Assembly: GCF_036321535.1 (NCBI RefSeq)
Contig: NC_087436.1
Location: 111,106,001 to 111,170,000, forward strand
Direction: 5' to 3'
DNA: 64,000 bases
DNA from: Camelus dromedarius
Taxonomy: Eukaryota
The position numbers and the translations under genes are program-made. The notes under the pieces are model-generated. The model searched no databases, was not told the origin of the DNA, and was given only the letters and a program-made list of their open reading frames with translations. Of this stretch, positions 54,806 through 64,000 are shown piece after piece (within the stretch, counting starts at the first letter, position 1; the number at the start of each line of letters is the position of its first letter).

Positions 54806-55016
54806 TGGTAGCTTTCCAAATGGGGGCATCTGGCCCCGGGCCTGCTTTGTCACTAGTTTTGTTGGAACGTTGTCATGGTCATTCACTTATATGATGTCTG
54901 TCGCTCTTTTTATGCCACAGAAGCTGACCTGAGTAGTTGCAACTGAGAGCATGAAGCACGCAGAGCCTAAAATATTCATTATCTGGCCCTTTGCATAGAA
55001 AGTTTGCCGACTCCTG
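54806..55016. mobile_element. MER58A-like hAT MITE
   Basis: gcctaaaatattcattatctggccctttgcatagaaagtttgccgactcctg terminal motif. Confidence 0.75.
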
Positions 55017-57325
55017 TTTATTTCAATGCAATTTTCACATGGTGTGACTAGGGGAAAACAGTCATTGGACTTTTTTCAGTAGATTAAGATTACTATATCC
55101 AGTTCATCCCAACACCCCATCCACTCCCCCCCGTTGTCCACCCCCTCCTCCCACACAATACATTTCTCACATGTGGTTGTTCCATTTTGATTTATCTCTG
55201 TGGGACCAGACCTGTCTTTATCCAGCAGAGTGGTGCTGGGGGAGCCACGAGTGCCAGTGTGATTCTGTTTTGTAAATCTTTATTCTCTCCCTTCAGCCTC
55301 CAGACCTGCTCTGTCTATCTGAGGTAAGTTCAAGGGTCACCCTTCTCTTCCTTAACCAGCTGCTACCACCTGTTAGAAAGAGATTGACTTCAGTGCTTCA
55401 CACCCTAAATTCCTTCCTCAACTGTTGTCTTCTCCCCTTCGCTATCCCTTTTTTCTTCTCTCAGGAATTCAGAATTCTTAGTTCAGCTCTCCTGGCTACC
55501 ATATTTCTCTCATTTTTCCTGTGTGGTAAATAGTTTTCTTTGTAGTGAAGCTGAGTATTCTGTGATTATCATAATGTTAAGCCTACTGAATTCACCTATT
55601 GTTTAATTCAAAAAAAAAAAAACAAAAAACAAAAAGGCAGAGTAGGGGTCTGAATGATACCATCCTTCCAGGTTTTTTTTCTTCCTTGTTTTTGTTTAAT
55701 TTTAAACAAGACTTTGGCTTCTTTTTTCTCCCCCAATTCCAATTCCAGGCAACCTGGAAAATTTGTTTACTTCTTTGTTTCTGTATTATATAAAAATAAC
55801 TAGATTTTAGAAGCCTATGTCTATAGACCCCACTAATTTATTCTTTCAGAAATATTTGTCTCCTGTATGCCAATAGTATAGCGTGCTAGACATAGGGGAA
55901 ATAATGGGGGACAAAACTAGAAGGCATTCCATTCATGGTTCAGGTTTATTTGGAGGGGCAGACACTGAGAAAACAATTACACAAATCTTACAAGTTCTTA
56001 GTAGGTGGTCCTATGAGGATTCTTTATAGGGAGAGCTTATCAAGTCAGGGAAGTGAGGGCAGACTTCTCGGAGGACATGGCGTTGAGCTGAGCTGTGAAG
56101 GGTGAGTAGGAATCAGCTAGGCCGAGCGGCAGAGAACTGGGAGGAGAGGAATGACTTCTCAGGAGGAAAGAACTGAATGTGAAAAAACCCACGAGGTCCA
56201 GTGTTCTTGGCAGGTAAGACGGGTAAGACGTGACTGGTGTGTCTGAAGTCGAGAGAGAAGGGAGAGCATGATGTCAGGTGCGATGAAGACTGAAGAGTGA
56301 GTGAAGGCAAGAACGTGCAGGTTCTCCAGAGCCATGTGTGTGGACTGTCAGTGGCTAATTTCACCCCTCGTGCGGCAGTACCAGCACCTGTCCGAGGCAT
56401 GCTTAACGCCTCAGCTGCTAGCTCTGCATTCTTTCCGGTGGGAACACAAATTATATCCAGTCCTACATGGCCTCTGGGTATTCTCCACCTGGTCCTTTTC
56501 ACAGCCTTGGGAAACATTTGTGTACTGATCAGTGTTTATCTCCAGACTTCAGGGGTCGCTGGAGCTGGCTCTCTCTGCAGTGCTCTCTCCTGTATATCGC
56601 CCCACACATTCTAGTCACCTTGGACTCCCTCACCTCTAAACTCTGTCTTCTTGGGAAGATTTCCAAGTTCTCTTTGGGTTCCCCCCTATATACAGCCCAG
56701 AAAGTCTCCAGGCAGTAAGCCAGAGCAAATGTTAGAGCTTACTTCCTTTGTTTCCCCTTTTTCAGAGTTCACTGCCATCCTGCATTCCTGTCATCCATTA
56801 TCTTAGAAACATTGTTTCATATATTTTGTGTTTATTTTTTAAGTCATTAAAAGTGAGAGGGCAAACTCATTTTATTACTTCATCATGACTAGAAGCAAAC
56901 ATCCCAGATTTATTTGTTTAACAAATATTTATCCAGTTGCTGTATGCTGTGTGCTGGAAATAAGACCAACAAGAATCTGTACTCTTCATCAAGCTTGTAT
57001 TTTAGTGGGAGGGCGTAAGTAGAAAACATCAGGTGAACTCTGTGTTCATGAAATTGGATGCTATGAGGATTTCTAGGGGAGCTACGTTGGGCTGAGTGCT
57101 CGGGAAGGTACCTCGGCCATCGCTGATGACTGACGCTGCATCTGGACGAGAGCCAAGGAGAGGTTGTGGAACAGGAAGGAAAGACCTGGGACTCAACCCT
57201 GAGAATCCCAGCATGTGTCAGCCAGGTAGAGCGGGAGGCCTTGCAGTGACAGGAGGAAGCCGAGGAGAATCAGTACTGTGTTTTGTCTTAGAAGCCAGAA
57301 ACAAGAGTGAGTCTCAGACAAGAGG

Positions 57326-57661
57326 GTATCTTACTCTGCTCAGGCTGCTGCAACATAGGCTGCATGGCTTAAACAACAGAAGTGAGTTGTCTCGCGGTTC
57401 TGGAGGCTGGAAAGCCCATGATCGAGGCTAGAGGGCCCCGTTCCTGGCGAGAGCTCTCTTCCTGGCTTGCAGGCCGCTTTCCTGTTCTCTGGTGTCTCCT
57501 CCTCTCATAGGGACACCAATCCTATTGGATTATGCCCCTGCCTTATGACTTCATGTTACCTTAAGTACCTCCTAAAGGCCCTGTATCTCTCACTATGGGG
57601 GTTAGGGCTTCAACGTGTCAGTCTGGGCCAGGTGGGGAGGTAGGCAATCCAGTCCATAGCA
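57326..57661 (-). mobile_element. MLT1A-like solo LTR
   Basis: ggcttaaacaacagaa..ttctggaggctggaaa..gttagggcttcaac..cagtccatagca. Confidence 0.8.
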
Positions 57662-57980
57662 GAGGAAATGGCCAACAGTGTTGAATGCTGTTAGGATAAA
57701 GAAGTTGAAAACTAAAGATCATTCATTCAACTTACCATTTCATGAATGACTTTAGTAAGGGCTGTGGAGTAAAGGCCTGGAAGCTAGACTGGAGCAGGTT
57801 GAAGAATAAAAGGTATGGAAAATAGTGATAGCACGTCTAGGACAACTTGTTAAAGCAATCTAGCTCTAAAATATTAACCTGATGAAACAAAAGATTGAGT
57901 GAAGCCTTGTTTTTTAAGGAATGAGGGACCTTGCACTTGTGTAAACATTGTGGTGAGGACACAGTTGAGAAGAGATGGTC

Positions 57981-58405
57981 TGTCATTTATCTATTGCCAC
58001 AACAGTGCTACGCTACAAACACCCAGAAGCAGTAGCATTTCTTTCACTCATGAGTCAGTGATTGGCAAATAAGGCCAGAAGACTCTCTGGGTCTTGGCTG
58101 GGCCCCCTCGCGTGTCCTGAGGTTGGCTGGCTGTCAGGTGGGACCGCTCAGCCCTGCTGCGTGTGTCTCAGATCCTTCCCGCAAGCCAGCCCCAGCACGT
58201 TCTCGTGGCTGCAGCAGGTGTGCGTGTGAGCATAAATCCCGAGCAGCTTCTCAGCTTCAGGTCGCATCGTTTCGCTAGGATGCCGTTAGCCAGAGCGCAT
58301 CCCACAGGTGAGGCAGTGAGAGGGCGCTGTAAAATGTTAGGGCAAAGAGAGTGAATACAGTGGTGGGTGAAGAGCTGGGGCTGTTAATGCACTTAATCTG
58401 CCACA
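57981..58405 (-). mobile_element. MLT1-family solo LTR
   Basis: tgtcatttatctattgccacaaca...gaagagctggggctgttaatgcacttaatctgccaca. Confidence 0.65.
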
Positions 58406-58448
58406 GATGGTATATTAAAAAAAAAAGGAAGGAGGGCAACAGGATTGT

Positions 58449-58902
58449 ACTTTTTTTTATTTTTAAACTATAATAGCTTTATTTTTACTTATTTTTTGTT
58501 TGTTTTTTTTAACATTTTTTATTGATTTATAATCATTTTACAATGTTGTGTCAAATTCCAGTGTTCAGCACAATTTTTCAGTTATTCATGGACATATACA
58601 CACTCATTGTCACATTTTTTTCTCTGTGAGTTATCATAACATTTTGTGTATATTTCCCTGTGCTATACAGTGTAGTCTATTCTACAATTTTGAAATCCCA
58701 GTCTATCCCTTTCCACCCTCCACCCCCCTGGTAACCACAAGTCTGTATTCTCTGTCTGTGAGTCTATTTCTGTCCTTTATTTACGCTTTGTTTTTGTTTG
58801 TTTGTTTGTTTTTGTTTTTGTTTTTTAGATTCCACATATGAGCGATCTCATATGGTATTTTTCTTTCTCTTTCTGGCTTACTTCACTTAGAATGACATTC
58901 TC
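58449..58902 (-). mobile_element. Young 5'-truncated LINE-1 3' end (same camelid-like family as 3812-4562)
   Basis: Reverse complement closely resembles 4130-4520; poly-T at left; candidate TSD caggattgt at 58440-58448 and 58903-58911. Confidence 0.88.
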
Positions 58903-61019
58903 CAGGATTGTTGATGCTGATCACTGATAAGTTCCTGAAAAGAGAGATGGGAACAGATCCAGAAACACTGGTTTAAATCATACCAGGTTCTGCAATATTT
59001 TCTAGTTAGCTAGTTGGCATTATCTTAGACTAACAACTTGCTAATTGCTTTTAATTTCATATTAATGTAGTACTGAAATTTTCTATTTTTATAAAAATAT
59101 CAATCACATTTATGTATTTATTGAATAATTGAATACCTGTTATATTTAAGATACTGCTTTAGGCGCAGTTGTGTTACCCCAAGTTTATATACAAGTTCAT
59201 TAAGAAATTCAGGGAAAGCTTTTGTCCCTAATCGGCCAAGGATCTCATCTAAATCACATAGCAGTGCAAACTGTGGTCATTGGCTCCTGAAAAGAATTGG
59301 CTTTGTGCCCTTGATCTGACTATAATTTTCTTCATTCTATTCAACTAAAAATGTCAGTAGCTATCCCATTTCTCAGTACAAACTATTCTTTCCATTCTAG
59401 ATGTTTTCTCTCGAGTTCCTGATTATCACAGTTTGCTCTCTAATAATCATGGTAACACTTGGTTTGCACCAGTGTGCTAATCTTTTATTGAAAAAGTAAT
59501 TTTCCTAAAATTGGTTGCAGTAAATTGCAAATCTAGGATTCTAATCCAAGAGTATCAGATTTCAAAGTCTTGCTCTTAACCACTAGGCGGTTCTGCTCCT
59601 CCAGATAAATATACTGAATCATCAAAAGCAAGTCAGGAAAAATATCTGACTTAAAATCTCCCACTTAAGATTCTCCCAAGACCTTTAAATTCATCAGTAT
59701 CCTACCAAAGGGAAATTTTGCTCTTGAGATAAATTTGTCTTTTTAAAAACCCCAAAACCTGTACAACCTAACTCTTACAGAATTTGCCACCAAGATGAAG
59801 AATTTATTTCCTCACATTAGATCTCACGGTTAACTGGTAGACCATGTTCTCCTGGCTACATGCTGTGGCTCTTTTACATTTGACCCCCTTTAAGCCTGGA
59901 GATTCAAAATTAACTGTTGCATTACTTACCTGTCTACACAAATTATAGGAACAAACTAATTTGGTGAACATTGCATAAGCAAATATCTGCCATTGTTTAT
60001 CCCCACACGTGAACCTTTTGATTTTAATTCTTGTTATTAGTACTGATATTAGCTTAGGTTTATTGACTCCTTACTGCGTGTCCAAACAGGCATTTTACAT
60101 GCATTCTCTATGCTTTATTTACATAAAGTCATTTAGTAATCGCATTTCCCTTAAGATGTGGGTATTATATCTTCACTCCCCAGTTAAATTGAAGCTTAGA
60201 GGCTAAAGAATGTACACTCAGCAGGTGATTCGATTCAGGCTCCGAACTCCGAACTCCAAACTCAGGCTCTAGGAAGTCTCCCTCTGACCCAGTTTACTAA
60301 AATCCTCATCCCTAAAGACCTATTTCAAATGTTTTCCCCCCAGTTTCCCCACTGCTGGGATTAATCTATCCCTTCTCTGTAATTCCTCCAGCCTTAGTTA
60401 TTCCTTTTATTTATATTTACTGCATGCTGCTTTTAATTCTGGTAACTTACAAATACTTTTCTCTCTGCCTCCTCACCAATCTGCAAAACCCTGGCGTGTC
60501 GCAACTACTTTATAAGTGGTATTTTCCGACCTGTCTTGATCATGCTAAAGTGTGTTTCCTGCAACGTGGCTAACTTAAAGTTTATTGTCTGTATGACAGA
60601 AATGAACCATCACATACCTCCAGTAATAAATAAAACAAGTTTAAATTATTAGAGTTGAATATATAAAAATCATTTTTGTTAAAATTAGAATTATCAGTAA
60701 TCATTCAAATCACAAACGATAATTGTCTTTCCATGACCCACAGAAGATTTTTATCTTTTATACTTTCCAAATGCACATATTCTGTAAGATTCCGTTCAGG
60801 TGGTGGAGAGGGGCTCTGTCTTGGGGTGTGTGAAATTACTGAAGCATTGAAAACAGGCTTAGATGTCTACACAATGCCCTTGTTCAGCCCTCACCTACCA
60901 TCTAGGCTCCTGACTGGACAGAGACAGAGAGGCCTTACTTGGGATAAGTACCCCTCTCCTAGCTTCTTCCCCCTTCACCAAACTGCGCCTTGTTAAACTG
61001 AACCTTCGCGTTTGTAACT

Positions 61020-61210
61020 CCATATGGTTTCTAAAGCACGTTAATTGACTCTTGTTAGATCATCAGAAACACGTAAGTTAATCGGGAGATGTCATTTTTT
61101 TTCTTACAGACGAAGAAAATGAGGCTGAAGGAGGCTAAGGTTACTTGTCCAAGGTCGTAAGGCTGATTGTTAATATTGTCAGAACTGGAACCCAGGTCCC
61201 TACATTCTTT
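61020..61210. mobile_element. MIR SINE fragment
   Basis: ttacagacgaagaaaatgaggctgaaggaggctaaggttacttgtccaaggtc. Confidence 0.75.
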
Positions 61211-61479
61211 CCCCCAACTCGTTTCTCCCCAAAGTGCTGCTGTGTGCACTGCTGCTGAGCTTTCGTAAGAATCCTTGATAGAGATTTATAAAGCCGCTTT
61301 ATCAGAGGATTCAAATGCTGCTAATTCAGCTTTCTAATCATGATGTAAAGCAGCGAAGCCATGAAATAAAACTGATAAACCTGATAATAGAAAATTTTAA
61401 ATGGATTCACGACAAAATCACTGTAAGCAGATACAGTGAACTAGGCAGGGTGAGGAGGGGAGTGGGATTGTAACTCACA

Positions 61480-62170
61480 TAGACCACAGGATTAATCTTA
61501 AGTGCATATCAATGAGAAAAAGACCATCTCAACTGGCAAAGAACGACGAAAAGGAAATACAAATGGCTTCTAAGATATGAAAACAAGTTTAACCTTACTC
61601 AGAAGAAAAATGCAAATTAAACAATAGCATACCATTTTTTTAAGCTTCCATAAATTTTATTATATATTGTACGAGTGTGAGGGAAGGGAGATACATTCAT
61701 ACATCGTTAGAGTGTAAAATGGTACACAGTCTATGAAGGAAATTTTGGAAGGAAGATGTACTTGCACACATACTTGAAGAGACACATAAGAATATTCAAT
61801 ACATTGGTATTTTAAGCAAAAGATTGGAATAGCCCAAAAGTTTATCAGTCGAAGACTGGCAAAGTCAATGATAACATATGCATAGAATGGAATCCTCTGT
61901 AGCTAAAGAATCAAGTATTCATTGTACAAGTACGAAACACTCCAAAATATACAAGTGAGATATGGAACGGTATACAGAATTGTGTAGGGGAAAAGGAGGT
62001 ATTTGAAACACAGATATATATCTCAATGTAAAGGGACTATCTCGAAGAATTGCTCCTAGAAGAAGGACTCGGAGCACTGAGAGACTTCATTGTATAACAT
62101 TTTGTAATGATTGATCTTTTAATTTTGCAGACTTATTACCATTGTTTAAAAAATCCATCAAGAAAACTTG
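61480..62170 (+). mobile_element. Old LINE-1 3' fragment (L1ME-like)
   Basis: aaatgcaaattaaacaatagcataccattttt, gtgtaaaatggtacac, catagaatggaatcctctgtagct. Confidence 0.55.
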
Positions 62171-64000
62171 AGAAATATTTATTAATCTTTCACTTGGTAC
62201 AAATATATAATTATATGACAGGTGTCTAGCATTAAACTTAACAAGTTTGGTCAAAATTTTAATTTCCAGATATAAAGGGGTATTTGTTCAAAATTCCTCT
62301 AGGTTGCAAATTCTTTGAAAGCATGGACTGTATCTTTCTCATCTTTGTAACCCAAAAGTGCTTTCTGATGGGTACTCAATAAATGTTAAATAATTTGGTG
62401 TAGAAAATGGAAATGAAAAGTGCTCTGGTAAGTAGTAGATTATAATTAGGGATCCAAGTTCTTGTATTTGTCCACATACGTGTGGTTAGGACGCTCTGAG
62501 AAAGAGCAGCTTATTTGTCTATTTCCCTCTACCTTAGCTTCCCTATCTTTTAAAAAGCAGTAGGGAGTGACTAGAAAGTTCCCTCTAATGCTACTCCAGT
62601 GCCTCTGGTTCTCGCACTTCGAGAGAGCTCCATTCTGTTCTCAGGGTTCTGTAGATCAGAAGTGCCCAGACTTCAATACCAACTAGTTGTCTTTTTGTAG
62701 ATATATATTTATGAGGGAGTAAACATGTTAGTCTGTTTATTGGTACTAACGTTTAACTCTTTTTCTTAACTGGTATTTTCTTCCGATGCATGTCGTTTTG
62801 TGCATCCCTGGAGTCTGTGTTCCTAAATTTAGAGCACACACTCTGGAAAAGTCACTTTAAAAAATTGTCTTTAAAGTACTGAAAAGAACAATAATGTAGT
62901 TATTGAGTATTATTCTCTGATGAATACACTTTTGTCAATCAGAGAGCAAACAGAAAACAGTTATTTTTATCACCATGATTTGTTGTTCCATGCCATCATT
63001 TCTTATTTTGGAGTTTGACACCTGTTAGTTATCTACCGAGCTATCTCAATTAATTTCACTGTATTTTTATAGTTTGCCTTAGGGTTTCTCGAAGAAGTAT
63101 AAAAACTTTTTTGTTTTGAAAATACAAATAATAAAAATACGAAGACTAGCAGTTCCTTGGAGGAAGAAAAACATTAATGTTATTAATTGTATCTCAAGGT
63201 TTGGGCTTTTTTTAAGTGATTACTTTTTTTTTTAATGTGAATTTGTTTTATTGAGTTATCGTCCGTTTATACTGTTGTGAAGTTTACTTTTTGATGAGTA
63301 ATCTTATAAGCTACCTGTCGTTTTATTTCCTATCTGTTTACAAAAGTTGAAATCATGTCATTTCAGTAGAACTGGGATGGTTTGTCTGCAGAGGACTCAG
63401 TGAAAAATATGATAGTTGCTAACAGGGTAATGTTCGATCTTGTAAAGTGGCTTAACAGGTTAAATCTCTCTGGGTTATTGAATGGCAAGTGAGTCAGTTG
63501 CTTGAAGTTGCAAGGAGGGATCAGGAGAATGCTACTACTTAAGTCTGGATGCTGCTGTCATTTACCAGCTCGAACAAGTTGCTTAAAAACTACCCAGCTC
63601 AGCTTCCTCTTTACTAATGGGAAGAATCGTTGACCTGTGGTTGGAGAAAGCTTAGGAAGGATGCAGCCCAACCAATCAGTTAAGTGTCAAATGAGCTAAT
63701 GTATAGCAAGCTATTAAATGGTTTCTAACCATAAGGATTCACACTGGAAAATGTGAAATGAGTATCATCAGTATTACTTAAGACGGGATTACGTGTGCAT
63801 TGCACGTGGTGGCTCGCTGCCCTGTGGACTCTGTGATTCTAGAGGAGGTTCTCAGAGAGCTGGTAGACAGGCATAAGGGGAAGAGCAAGGACTGTGTTCC
63901 AGTTCCAGCCCCGTGTCTTGACTTCATTTGTACTTCAACTCTCTGCGACTCACTTTTATCGTTTCTTATGCGCTTAAGCATGCCAACCTTGCTTGGTTGT

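Noticed and set aside
56113..57431. Several overlapping 75-134 aa ORFs
   Set aside because: Locally higher GC within L2/LTR-derived sequence; no splice or homology support

Overview
Mammalian genomic DNA, AT-rich and repeat-laden, containing the 3' half of LCORL on the + strand. Lineage is probably camelid: the youngest L1 3' ends resemble camelid L1s and I see no Alu, B1, Bov-tA, PRE-1 or SINEC elements (inference). Two internal coding exons (17521-17772, 35525-35618) carry the CtBP-binding motifs PLDLT and VLDLS. The donor after 35618 can join either of two in-phase acceptors. One is 36962, a terminal exon encoding two HTH/pipsqueak-type helix-turn-helix units followed by a ~3 kb 3'UTR. The other is 43692, an intact 4826-nt exon encoding three AT-hooks and the PRC2-interacting PIP/DUF4553 region, i.e. 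the PALI2 isoform. That exon ends at a consensus donor at 48517/48518, and its final exon is not confidently identifiable in the window. The introns hold L1, L2, MIR, MaLR and DNA-transposon relics, a U6 retropseudogene and a (TA)32 microsatellite. I found no wholly new biological system. The best leads are the known two-protein splice switch, a sharp GC/CpG-rich patch inside the PALI2 exon, a candidate 27-nt stop-containing micro-exon, and a twin-primed L1 with a MER8 nested in its target-site duplication. Repeat family names and boundaries are from memory and approximate.
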